Virus record (IMG/VR): IMGVR_UViG_3300025751_003710
Strand: one strand, 5' to 3'
Source: an uncultured virus (IMG/VR IMGVR_UViG_3300025751_003710)
Taxonomy: Duplodnaviria; Heunggongvirae; Uroviricota; Caudoviricetes
DNA length: 39,462 bases
Program-made: the position numbers and the translations under genes
Part shown: one piece after another, positions 17,805 to 26,531 of the stretch
Layout: the number at the start of each line of letters is the position of its first letter
Position numbering within the stretch: the stretch's first letter is position 1
Notes under the pieces: generated by a model
Told to the model about the DNA's origin: nothing
The model's database searches: none
What the model saw: only the letters and a program-made list of their open reading frames with translations

Positions 17805-19500
17805 AATTAGATGGAAAAATTTTCTTTCCACTGGTAATCAATTTACGGAAGTTGATTTTGAAAAACATAATACAAACTTAATAATTGGAACAAATGGTTC
17901 GGGTAAGTCTACAGTTTTAGATGCCCTAACTTTTGGATTGTTTAATAAACCATTTCGTAAAATTAACAAACCACAATTGGTTAATGCTACCAATGAGAAA
18001 GATTGTGTGGTTGAGATTGAATTTACTGTCAATAATAAAGAATATTTGGTTCGTCGTGGAATCAAACCAAATGTTTTTGATATTGAGGTAAACGGTGTTC
18101 CTTTGCATAAGGAAGCAGATGATCGTTCTAATCAACGTATTCTGGAAGAAAATATTCTCAAGGTAAACTATAAGTCTTTTACTCAAATCGTAATTCTGGG
18201 TAGTAGCACCTTTGTGCCTTTTATGCAATTGACGACATCAAATCGCCGTGAGGTAATTGAGGACCTTCTTGATATTCGTATTTTTTCTGCGATGAATGGT
18301 CTTATTAAAGATCAAATTCGTGTTCGGAGAGATCAAGTCAAATCTTTAGAGTTGAAGAAAGATACTCTCAAAGATAAGATGAAGATGCAACAAAATTTTA
18401 TTGAAGAACTTGAGAATCGTGGTAATGCCAACATAAATGCCAACAAAGAAAAAATTGCCAAGTTAGATGAGGAACTTGTTATTTTTATGAAGGATAATAC
18501 GGGTCTTGAAGAAGATATTCATCGATATACTAAGGAGCAAGAAGAGGTTACTGGTGCTGCAGATAAGTTAGTAAAACTAAACAATCTTAAAGGAAAATTA
18601 TCCCAAAAAGTAGGAACCATTACAAAAGAACATAAGTTTTTTACTGAAAATACGGTATGCCCTACTTGTACTCAAGATATTGAGGAAGAGTTTCGTGTAA
18701 ATAGAATTGAAGATGCTCAAAATAAGGCAAAAGAACTTAAAGATGGTTATGAAGAACTTGAGAAAACAATTAAGTCTGAACAACAAAGAGAGCTTCAATT
18801 CATTGCACTTTCTAAGGAGATTACGAAACTAACGCATGGCATTTCTCAAAACAATACTCGGATTAGCCTCAATCAGAGACAAATCAGAGATCTTGAACAT
18901 GAAATTCAAACTATTACCAGTAACCTACAAAACAGAAATACTGAACATGAGAAGTTAGATGAATTTAAAAAAAATCTCCATGTAACAACCGAAGAATTAG
19001 TAAACAAAAAACAAGAAATCGTTTATTACGATTTTGCTTATTCCTTACTTAAGGACGATGGCGTAAAAACGAAGATAATTAAGAAGTATCTTCCGTTCAT
19101 AAATCAGCAGGTTAATCGTTATCTTCAAATGATGGATTTTTATATTAATTTCCATCTTAATGAAGAATTTAATGAAACAGTAAAATCTCCAATTCATGAA
19201 GATTTTTCTTATTCATCATTTAGTGAAGGTGAAAAAATGAGAATTGATCTAGCATTACTTTTTACTTGGAGGGAAGTTGCTAGACTCAAAAACTCAGTAA
19301 ACACCAACTTGCTGATTATGGATGAGGTATTTGATTCGTCTTTGGATGGATTTGGAACAGATGAATTCCTTAAAATTATCTGCTATATAATTAAAGATGC
19401 AAACATTTTTGTTATATCACATAAGTCTGATTTGCACGACAAATTTGATAATATTATTAAATTTGATAAAAATAAAGGATTTAGTAGGATGGTAAAATGA
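17788..19500 (+). CDS. gp46: Recombination endonuclease subunit gp46 (Rad50/SbcC-like)
   Basis: GTNGSGKS, zinc hook CPTC, FSEGEK signature, LLIMDEVFD and ISH motifs. Confidence 0.98.
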   Translation: MILFHKIRWKNFLSTGNQFTEVDFEKHNTNLIIGTNGSGKSTVLDALTFGLFNKPFRKINKPQLVNATNEKDCVVEIEFTVNNKEYLVRRGIKPNVFDIEVNGVPLHKEADDRSNQRILEENILKVNYKSFTQIVILGSSTFVPFMQLTTSNRREVIEDLLDIRIFSAMNGLIKDQIRVRRDQVKSLELKKDTLKDKMKMQQNFIEELENRGNANINANKEKIAKLDEELVIFMKDNTGLEEDIHRYTKEQEEVTGAADKLVKLNNLKGKLSQKVGTITKEHKFFTENTVCPTCTQDIEEEFRVNRIEDAQNKAKELKDGYEELEKTIKSEQQRELQFIALSKEITKLTHGISQNNTRISLNQRQIRDLEHEIQTITSNLQNRNTEHEKLDEFKKNLHVTTEELVNKKQEIVYYDFAYSLLKDDGVKTKIIKKYLPFINQQVNRYLQMMDFYINFHLNEEFNETVKSPIHEDFSYSSFSEGEKMRIDLALLFTWREVARLKNSVNTNLLIMDEVFDSSLDGFGTDEFLKIICYIIKDANIFVISHKSDLHDKFDNIIKFDKNKGFSRMVK

Positions 19501-20285
19501 TTGGAATTGTTGGGAATGGTTTTGTTGGAAACGCTCTTTATCAGAATTTGAGAGATAAAGTTGATTGTAAAGTTTATGATGTAGACAAAAACAAATCTTT
19601 TAATACTCTTGGTGAAGTATTGGAACAGATGTTTGTTTTTGTGTGTTTACCAACACCCATGAAATCTACTGGCGAGTGCGATCTCAGTATTTTAAATAAT
19701 TTTTTTGAAGAACTGCCAAAGAAAACCAAATGTATATTTGTAATTAAATCAACTGTTCCTATTGGAACAACGAAAAAATTTTCAAAAAACCGCAAGGTAA
19801 TACATAACCCAGAATTTTTAACCGCAAGAAATGCTGTAGAGGACTACAGAAATTCTGAGAGAAATGTTGTTGGTGGAGATATAAAATTGTGTAAACAGTT
19901 TGTAAATTTCTTTAAAACTGTGTTTCCATCAACTCCCAGTGTAATAACTACATCTGATGAAAGTGAAGCGATTAAGTATTTTTCTAATAGTTTCTTAGCA
20001 ACAAAAGTTGCTTATTTTAACAAGATGTATGACCTTTGTCAGTCTACTGGTATGGATTATAATATTGTTTGTGATGGAGTTACAAGCGATAGTAGAATAG
20101 GATCTTCTCATACTAAAGTTCCTGGATTTGATAATGATCGTGGTTTTGGTGGAACATGTTTTCCTAAAGATTTAAATTCTCTTATAGTTCAGATGGAAGA
20201 GAACGGTGTAAATTCTGATATTTTACAAAAAGTTTGGGAATACAATCAAAGCATTAGAACAGTTATTGATTGGTCTATGAATTGA
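19497..20285 (+). CDS. UDP-glucose/GDP-mannose 6-dehydrogenase family protein (short form)
   Basis: GNGFVG, CLPTP, KSTVPIG, NPEFL, KYFSN and catalytic GFGGTCFPKD motifs. Confidence 0.9.
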   Translation: MIGIVGNGFVGNALYQNLRDKVDCKVYDVDKNKSFNTLGEVLEQMFVFVCLPTPMKSTGECDLSILNNFFEELPKKTKCIFVIKSTVPIGTTKKFSKNRKVIHNPEFLTARNAVEDYRNSERNVVGGDIKLCKQFVNFFKTVFPSTPSVITTSDESEAIKYFSNSFLATKVAYFNKMYDLCQSTGMDYNIVCDGVTSDSRIGSSHTKVPGFDNDRGFGGTCFPKDLNSLIVQMEENGVNSDILQKVWEYNQSIRTVIDWSMN

Positions 20286-20314
20286 TTGACATGTTTAATT
20301 ATTTTTGCTACTAT
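20286..20314 (+). promoter_or_regulatory. Sigma70-type promoter
   Basis: TTGACA-17 nt-TACTAT with TG extension; an overlapping TATAAT at 20312-20317. Confidence 0.75.
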
Positions 20315-20335
20315 AATACTATGATTTAATATATT

Positions 20336-20533
20336 ATGAACTATAAACCGTATAGTCTTGAGTGGCATAGATACAGATACCTCAAGGAAGCAATAGATAA
20401 ATATCTAGAAGATGGTATCGATCCAACATTTATTATGGATGACCTGCGTGATATTCTTCACGTTCGTTCTGAGGCAGCGTATCAAGAGTTTCAAAGGATC
20501 AACCAACTAGAGCACTATCTCTCGGAAGAATAA
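20336..20533 (+). CDS. Hypothetical protein
   Basis: 65-aa ORF downstream of the promoter. Confidence 0.7.
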   Translation: MNYKPYSLEWHRYRYLKEAIDKYLEDGIDPTFIMDDLRDILHVRSEAAYQEFQRINQLEHYLSEE

Positions 20534-20534
20534 T

Positions 20535-20849
20535 ATGCTATCCACTCAATACAGACTCCGACTGGAGTTTATCTGTAAGAAGATTGCTAACAAGGAAGAA
20601 GTCAAACTTGAAGATATGATTTGGGCAGAGAAACTTGCCAAACGTCATACTACTGCTAGAGAATGGTTGCGTAAAGCACGTCGCCAGGCATCACAAGATA
20701 TTGAGGAAGGTAGTATGGACGATTTTATGAATAAGATGGGATTAGGAGACCCCGACCCATCTAATTACAAATCGGGGTTTGATTCTGCGGATGAAATCGT
20801 AGATTGGTTCAAACAAGACAAACCAGATGACTGGCGACAGAGAGATTAA
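20535..20849 (+). CDS. Hypothetical phage protein
   Basis: 104-aa ORF (MLSTQYRLRLEFICKKIA...DDWRQRD), tightly packed. Confidence 0.8.
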   Translation: MLSTQYRLRLEFICKKIANKEEVKLEDMIWAEKLAKRHTTAREWLRKARRQASQDIEEGSMDDFMNKMGLGDPDPSNYKSGFDSADEIVDWFKQDKPDDWRQRD

Positions 20850-20851
20850 TT

Positions 20852-21082
20852 ATGGAATATGATTATCAAGTTATTGGTAAAGATGGTAAATTGCATAATT
20901 ACATTTGGGATGATAAACAATCTAAAATGGTAGAGGGTAAAAGGGAAAAAATTATTCCCTGGTGGCAATTGCATCAAATCGCAGAAAATTTGGATGGCGA
21001 ACTTAAAAAGTACGTCGAACAAGATAGTCGTGGTAATGTTAAATATAAAATTGTAATCGAATACGAGGAGGACAAAAAGTAA
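20852..21082 (+). CDS. Hypothetical protein
   Basis: 76-aa ORF, tightly packed. Confidence 0.7.
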   Translation: MEYDYQVIGKDGKLHNYIWDDKQSKMVEGKREKIIPWWQLHQIAENLDGELKKYVEQDSRGNVKYKIVIEYEEDKK

Positions 21083-21318
21083 TGGAAGCAGTAATCTATT
21101 CCAACGGCAATCAGGAATGTGAACGTGCTAAAATTCTTTTAGAAAAACTTAATTTTCAAATTCATGTTTATAAATTAAATCAGCACTTCTCACAGAGAGG
21201 TTTTGTTGCTGAATTTGGTGAGGAAGCAGAATACCCACAGGTCAATGTTGGTTTCAAACATATAGGTGGATTGAAAGAAACACTCAATTTCATGAAAGAT
21301 CGAGGAATGTTTGAATGA
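21082..21318 (+). CDS. Glutaredoxin-like protein with degenerate active site
   Basis: VIYS...CERAK.LL, YPQV and HIGG glutaredoxin fold pattern; NQEC replaces CxxC. SD GAGGAGG upstream. Confidence 0.75.
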   Translation: MEAVIYSNGNQECERAKILLEKLNFQIHVYKLNQHFSQRGFVAEFGEEAEYPQVNVGFKHIGGLKETLNFMKDRGMFE

Positions 21319-21482
21319 GCAAAACTGACTGGAAAGAAGATTATAAACAAATGAAACTTTTGGGTAAGAGACAACTAGAACTATTGGATAAAGGACCAAA
21401 CAGTTTGTCATCTAGTTGGAGTCTTATGGCAATGTATAATGATTGGAAGCGTATTAGAGGAATTTCTGATGAACACCCCTAA
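21315..21482 (+). CDS. Hypothetical 55-aa protein (not in the ORF track)
   Basis: MSKTDWKEDYKQMKLLGKRQLELLDKGPNSLSSSWSLMAMYNDWKRIRGISDEHP; ATGA overlap with the upstream gene. Confidence 0.65.
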   Translation: MSKTDWKEDYKQMKLLGKRQLELLDKGPNSLSSSWSLMAMYNDWKRIRGISDEHP

Positions 21483-21615
21483 CTGGCAACACCATTCTAA
21501 GAAAGAGCAAAAACGAAAATTAAAACCACAAGCAATGCGAGCGCGGCGAGAAGCACTACGCCAGTTCAAAAAGCGTCACATGACCCTGCCTAAACAGCAG
21601 GGTTCTTTTGTATGA
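21469..21615 (+). CDS. Very basic 48-aa protein (not in the ORF track)
   Basis: MNTPNWQHHSKKEQKRKLKPQAMRARREALRQFKKRHMTLPKQQGSFV; SD-like AGAGG upstream. Confidence 0.6.
   Translation: MNTPNWQHHSKKEQKRKLKPQAMRARREALRQFKKRHMTLPKQQGSFV
21582..21609 (+). terminator. Putative terminator hairpin
   Basis: GACCCTGC-ctaaaca-GCAGGGTT followed by CTTTT; a TATGAT -10-like box follows at 21611. Confidence 0.55.
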
Positions 21616-21641
21616 TACGTACATACGAATGAACCTCCTCC

Positions 21642-23768
21642 ATGGCAGTTAATCAGGAAATCAAATCACAACTTGCTAAACTTCTTGCTACTGAAGATCT
21701 CGTTGTTGAAAATCGTCACGTTGAAACTGCACAATTTAACGTTCACACCCGCGTACTAACTCTCCCAATGTGGGAAAAGGCCAGTAGTTATGTATATGAT
21801 ATGCTTGTTGGGCATGAGGTTGGACATGCTCTTTATACTCCAGACAGAAATTGGTTGAAAGAGGTGAATATTCCACCACAAATTGTAAATATTGTCGAAG
21901 ATGCTCGTATCGAAAAGATGATGAAACGTCGATATGTGGGTCTTGCTAAAACGTTTTATCGTGGTTATCAAGAACTTTCAGATCAAGATTTTTTTCAACT
22001 TGAGGGTGAAAATGTTGATACAATGAATCTTGCAGATCGTGTAAATCTTTATTTTAAGATTGGTAATTTTGTAGATATTAATTTTAAAGAAACCGAGAAA
22101 ACAATTATCAATTACATTGATAATTGTGAAACATTTGATGATGTTCTTGTAGCATCTGAAATGCTATACAAGTATTGTAAATCTGAAAGTAATAATTCGT
22201 CTTCTCGGAATGATTCTGAGAATAATGGAGAATCAGATTCTGAAGACCAAAGTGATAACAATAACGATTCTATTGAACCAGAATCTAATGAATCCTATGG
22301 TGGCACTGCTGAAAATAAGGATGATGGTAATAAATTTGATGAAGAAATTGTAGATGAAGTAGATCAAGAAGATAATGATCTTGATATTAAGACTGCTGAT
22401 TCTCTAGAAGAATCTCTTAAAAATCTTGTAGATTTTAATGCTAGTGAAAAAATTTATCTGGAAATTCCAGAAATTGATATCGATAAAGTTATCGTTGATA
22501 ACCGTGAAATTCACACAAGGTGTAATAACTATTGGCACGAATACTCCAAACAAACTGGAGATCATTTGATGTTTGAATTTGTAGACAAAGACTTTGAAAA
22601 ATTTAAAAAAACTGCACAGAAAGAAGTTAATTACCTAGTCAAGGAGTTTGAGTGTAAGAAAGCAGCAGATTCTTATGCTCGTGCTACGACTGCTCGCACT
22701 GGTGTTCTTGATTGCTCCAAACTTCATACCTACAAGTACAATGAAGATTTGTTCAAGAAAGTGACCACTCTTGCTGATGGTAAGAATCATGGTTTGGTAT
22801 TTGTTTTGGATTGGTCTGGATCTATGTGTGATGTTATTTCTGATACCGTCAAACAGTTGTTTAATTTGATTTGGTTCTGTAAAAAAGTTTCAATTCCTTT
22901 TGAAGTATACGCTTTTACATCTGATTATCCTATTAATTCTGACGATGAAGATGGAAACCTTGTGACAAGGTCTCGCCCTTATAAAGAGCGTGCAGGAATT
23001 TTCCATATTGGTGAGTGGTTTAGCCTTATGAATCTTCTTACTAGTAAAGTGAATGGTAAAGAACTTAACGAACAAATGAAAACCATTTATCGTCTTTCTC
23101 GCTGCTTTGAGGGATGGGGTTCTGCAAGATATTCTGTTCCTCCTGGTCTGAGTCTTTCGGGTACTCCTCTGAATGAAAGTATGGTTGCACTACACCAAAT
23201 TCTTCCAAAATTCAAAAAAGAAAATAATCTTCAAAAAGTTCAGTGTGTTGTTCTTACTGATGGTGAAGGATATGACCTAAAGCGTCATACTGAAGTTCAG
23301 AGACCATGGGAAGAAGAGCCATATATTGGATTGGCTACTATTGGACCTCGTTGTGTCCTTCGTGATAGAAAAATTGGTACTACTTATTCTCTAGATTGTG
23401 ATTGGCATCAGTTCACTGATATTCTTCTTAAGAATTTGAAAGACAAATTTCCCGATGTAAATTTTATTGGTATGCGTGTTCTCGTATCTCGTGATTCTGG
23501 TTCTTTTATTCGCAGATATTGTGGATATAGTGGGAAAAGTTATGAGACTGCAATGAAGGATTGGAAAAAGATGAAATCGTTTTCTATTAAAAATTCTGGA
23601 TACGATCTTTATTTTGGAATTTCTTCAAATTCTCTATCAAAGAATAGTGATTTTAGTGTTTCTGATGATGCGACTAAAACACAAATTAAGTCTGCCTTTG
23701 CAAAAAGTTTGAAAACTAAAAAAATGAATAAAAAAATCTTGGGTGAGTTTGTAGAACTCATTGCGTGA
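21642..23768 (+). CDS. HEXXH metallopeptidase-like + vWA (CobT-like) protein
   Basis: N-terminal HEVGH...NIVED.RIE, acidic linker, C-terminal MIDAS DWSGS...GTP...LTDGE. Confidence 0.85.
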   Translation: MAVNQEIKSQLAKLLATEDLVVENRHVETAQFNVHTRVLTLPMWEKASSYVYDMLVGHEVGHALYTPDRNWLKEVNIPPQIVNIVEDARIEKMMKRRYVGLAKTFYRGYQELSDQDFFQLEGENVDTMNLADRVNLYFKIGNFVDINFKETEKTIINYIDNCETFDDVLVASEMLYKYCKSESNNSSSRNDSENNGESDSEDQSDNNNDSIEPESNESYGGTAENKDDGNKFDEEIVDEVDQEDNDLDIKTADSLEESLKNLVDFNASEKIYLEIPEIDIDKVIVDNREIHTRCNNYWHEYSKQTGDHLMFEFVDKDFEKFKKTAQKEVNYLVKEFECKKAADSYARATTARTGVLDCSKLHTYKYNEDLFKKVTTLADGKNHGLVFVLDWSGSMCDVISDTVKQLFNLIWFCKKVSIPFEVYAFTSDYPINSDDEDGNLVTRSRPYKERAGIFHIGEWFSLMNLLTSKVNGKELNEQMKTIYRLSRCFEGWGSARYSVPPGLSLSGTPLNESMVALHQILPKFKKENNLQKVQCVVLTDGEGYDLKRHTEVQRPWEEEPYIGLATIGPRCVLRDRKIGTTYSLDCDWHQFTDILLKNLKDKFPDVNFIGMRVLVSRDSGSFIRRYCGYSGKSYETAMKDWKKMKSFSIKNSGYDLYFGISSNSLSKNSDFSVSDDATKTQIKSAFAKSLKTKKMNKKILGEFVELIA

Positions 23769-23774
23769 TAAATA
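23767..23774 (+). promoter_or_regulatory. Late promoter (GATAAATA)
   Basis: NATAAATA overlapping the upstream stop; SD AGGT before the ATG at 23800. Confidence 0.6.
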
Positions 23775-23799
23775 TTTTTATAAGTTATAGGTAATTAAA

Positions 23800-24111
23800 A
23801 TGTCTAGATTTGGAGATTTACTCGCAGGTAAAAAGACACCTCCTACACCTGCTCCAGAACCTGTAGTAGAAGAAACTGTAGAAGTTGTAGAATCTCCTAT
23901 TGTGGATGAAGATACTACAAACTATGATGAGGTAATTGAAGAAGAACTTAGAGAAGTATCTGAGGAAGATGGTTATGAAAGTGATGTATCACTCAATGAC
24001 ATGACCAAAAGAGAACTTGAAGAATATGCTAGAACTGTTGGTCTTGAGTTAGATAGAAGACACAACAAAGCAACACTCTTGAATGAATTGGAAGAGTTTT
24101 TATCCAATTGA
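23800..24111 (+). CDS. Acidic hypothetical protein with C-terminal Rho-N/HeH-like helical motif
   Basis: LNDMTKRELEEYARTVGLELDRRHNKATLLNEL pattern. Confidence 0.7.
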   Translation: MSRFGDLLAGKKTPPTPAPEPVVEETVEVVESPIVDEDTTNYDEVIEEELREVSEEDGYESDVSLNDMTKRELEEYARTVGLELDRRHNKATLLNELEEFLSN

Positions 24112-24125
24112 TTTACTGGCACACT

Positions 24126-24158
24126 GGGGAGGACTACTCCTCCTTTTTCATTTATAAT
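24126..24158 (+). promoter_or_regulatory. Terminator hairpin plus downstream -10 box for the AAA+ gene
   Basis: GGAGGA-ctac-TCCTCC-TTTTT, then TATAAT at 24153-24158. Confidence 0.6.
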
Positions 24159-24187
24159 AACTTCAGTTGAAACAAACAACTTACATC

Positions 24188-25285
24188 ATGACCATGTCTT
24201 CTGAATACATTCGCACTTCTCTTCAGCAACTTTACGGAGAATCTGTAACTGCTGCAGATATTCGTGCTTGGTGTGCTATGAATGGTTCTAACTATCAAAC
24301 TGTTACTAATAAACTTACTGATTGTAAAGTAGGTCGTGGTAAATGGAACCTGGAAGTAACAAAGGAAACAGTTGAAGATCTGGAAGTAACTTATAATTCT
24401 CCTGCAGCAATTCCTGCAATTGAACAAAATCTTATTCCTCAAAAAGATGATTCCTTTGTCAAGTTTGGTAATTTTGGCGACATTAAAAAAATTGTTGAGT
24501 CCCGTATTTTCTACCCTACGTTTATCACGGGTCTTTCGGGCAACGGTAAAACGTTCTCTGTTGAGCAAGCATGTGCTCAACTCGGACGGGAACTGATCCG
24601 CGTAAACATTACTATTGAAACTGATGAAGATGATCTTATCGGCGGTTTCCGCCTTGTTGATGGTGCAACCGTCTGGCACAATGGACCAGTCATTGAAGCA
24701 CTTCAACGAGGAGCTATCCTGCTCCTTGACGAGATCGACCTTGCCTCTAATAAAATTCTCTGTCTCCAATCTATCCTTGAAGGAAATGGAGTCTTCCTTA
24801 AAAAAATCGGCAAGTTTGTTCGACCCGCTGCAGGTTTCAATGTCATCGCAACCGCAAACACTAAAGGTAAAGGTTCAGATGATGGGCGATTCGTTGGAAC
24901 TAACGTGCTCAACGAAGCATTCCTTGAGCGATTCCCTGTAACTTTTGAACAAGAGTATCCTACTCCGAAAATTGAAGAGAAGATCTTGAATAAATTTTGT
25001 AAGGATGACGATTTTTGTAAGCGTCTTTCTGATTGGGCAGATATTATTCGTAAGACCTTTTATGATGGTGGCATTGAGGAAATTATCAGTACTCGTCGCC
25101 TGGTTCATATTGTTAAGGCATATCGTATCTTTAACGATAAAGCGAAGGCAATTCAAGTATGTGTGAACCGTTTTGATGATGAGACTAAGCAAGCATTTTT
25201 GGAACTATATGACAAAGTTGATGCTGATTTCCAGATGCCTTCTGAAGATCAGAAAGAATGCCTTGACTCTCACAACTTCTCCTGA
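24188..25285 (+). CDS. MoxR/CobS-like AAA+ ATPase
   Basis: GLSGNGKT, LLLDEID, ATANTKG and NEAFLERF motifs. Start at ATG 24188 or 24194. Confidence 0.92.
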   Translation: MTMSSEYIRTSLQQLYGESVTAADIRAWCAMNGSNYQTVTNKLTDCKVGRGKWNLEVTKETVEDLEVTYNSPAAIPAIEQNLIPQKDDSFVKFGNFGDIKKIVESRIFYPTFITGLSGNGKTFSVEQACAQLGRELIRVNITIETDEDDLIGGFRLVDGATVWHNGPVIEALQRGAILLLDEIDLASNKILCLQSILEGNGVFLKKIGKFVRPAAGFNVIATANTKGKGSDDGRFVGTNVLNEAFLERFPVTFEQEYPTPKIEEKILNKFCKDDDFCKRLSDWADIIRKTFYDGGIEEIISTRRLVHIVKAYRIFNDKAKAIQVCVNRFDDETKQAFLELYDKVDADFQMPSEDQKECLDSHNFS

Positions 25286-25291
25286 TATAAT
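25263..25291 (+). promoter_or_regulatory. Sigma70-type promoter for the gp45 operon
   Basis: TTGACT-17 nt-TATAAT with TG extension. Confidence 0.8.
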
Positions 25292-25293
25292 TT

Positions 25294-25321
25294 GTAGAGG
25301 TGAAAAACCACCTCTACTTTT
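25294..25321 (+). terminator. Terminator after the AAA+ gene
   Basis: GTAGAGGTG-aaaaac-CACCTCTAC (9-bp stem) followed by a T-rich tract. Confidence 0.8.
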
Positions 25322-25338
25322 ATTATTTTTCATTAAAT

Positions 25339-25845
25339 ATGACTGAAAGTTTTAATTTTATGTCTATGGGTGATCAGAACATAAATGCTAATAGTTTTCT
25401 CCCAGGTGGAGAAAGTAGTGATACTATTTCGTTCAATGTCCCTCAAGATGATGTTGTTACGTTTGGTGCAGCACAACCTGTTCCCTATGAAAGTTTTATG
25501 GGTTTAGGTGAAGACCACATTTCCTTTGATCTTGATATGACTACTAGTAATAATCCTAATCGATTTAAGTATAGTGAAGATACTATTCTTAAAGAACTGT
25601 CCGATTATATTTCTGCAACATACAATCAGCACTACTCTGCTGGTGATGATAAAATTCAGACACTTGATCTGATTGAAGCGTGTGGCGATGGTGAATCCTT
25701 CTGCCGCAGTAATATCCTCAAGTATGCCTCTCGCTATGATAAGAAAGGCACTGCACGACGTGACATTATGAAGATTCTGCACTATGCTGTTCTTCTGATG
25801 CATTTTAATGACAAAAATGCACAACGTGAAACCTACCCCCAGTGA
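25339..25845 (+). CDS. DUF3310-like protein with low-complexity N-terminal extension
   Basis: HYS...QTLDLI...FCRSNILKYASRYDKKG...DIMKILHY pattern. ATG 25339 is preferred over GTG 25300, which lies inside the terminator stem. Confidence 0.75.
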   Translation: MTESFNFMSMGDQNINANSFLPGGESSDTISFNVPQDDVVTFGAAQPVPYESFMGLGEDHISFDLDMTTSNNPNRFKYSEDTILKELSDYISATYNQHYSAGDDKIQTLDLIEACGDGESFCRSNILKYASRYDKKGTARRDIMKILHYAVLLMHFNDKNAQRETYPQ

Positions 25846-26531
25846 TGAAACTCAAACCCAAAACTATGAAACTGTCTGATAATACCCTCAATATTCTCAA
25901 AAATTTTGCTGGAATTAATAATTCAATTCTGGTAAAAGAGGGTAATCGTCTTCGTACAATTTCTGTTGCTAAGAATATTCTTGCAGAAGCAGATATTAAA
26001 GAAGACTTTCCTCGCGATTTTGCTATTTACGATCTGAATCAATTTTTGAATGGATTATCTCTCCACCATGATCCAGATCTCGATTTTCAGGAACCTTCTT
26101 ACCTGAGTATTAAAGAAGGTAAGCGTCGTGTGAAGTATTTCTTTGCTGACCCTAATGTGATTGTTGCTCCTCCCGAAAAAGAAATTAATCTTCCATCTCA
26201 GGATATTTGTTTTCAACTTGATAGTGCTTCACTTGAAAAACTTGTCAAAGCAGCACAAGTCTATCAACTCCCCGATTTCTCCGCAATTGGTGAGGCAGGT
26301 GTCATTAAACTAGTTGTTCGTGATAAGAAGAATGATACTTCTAACGAATATGCAATTGTAGTTGGTGAGACTGACAAAGAGTTTGCTTTTAACTTTAAAG
26401 TTGAGAACATCAAAATTATTCCTGGTGCTTATGACGTTGTAGTGTCTTCTAAACTTTTGTCACAATTTACCAACACTCAGCACAATCTTAAGTACTATAT
26501 TGCTCTGGAACCTGATTCTACATTTGGATGA
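25845..26531 (+). CDS. gp45: Sliding clamp gp45
   Basis: MKLS..TLNILKNFAGINNSI, FAIYDLNQFL and YYIALE motifs; start may be 25866. Confidence 0.97.
   Translation: MKLKPKTMKLSDNTLNILKNFAGINNSILVKEGNRLRTISVAKNILAEADIKEDFPRDFAIYDLNQFLNGLSLHHDPDLDFQEPSYLSIKEGKRRVKYFFADPNVIVAPPEKEINLPSQDICFQLDSASLEKLVKAAQVYQLPDFSAIGEAGVIKLVVRDKKNDTSNEYAIVVGETDKEFAFNFKVENIKIIPGAYDVVVSSKLLSQFTNTQHNLKYYIALEPDSTFG

Noticed and set aside
24152..24769. 205-aa minus-strand ORF opposite the AAA+ gene
   Set aside because: It shadows a conserved gene, with no recognisable domain or promoter/SD support.
24188..25285. Calling the ATPase a true cobaltochelatase CobS auxiliary metabolic gene
   Set aside because: The motifs support only a MoxR-type AAA+; no cobN or cobalamin pathway context in the window.
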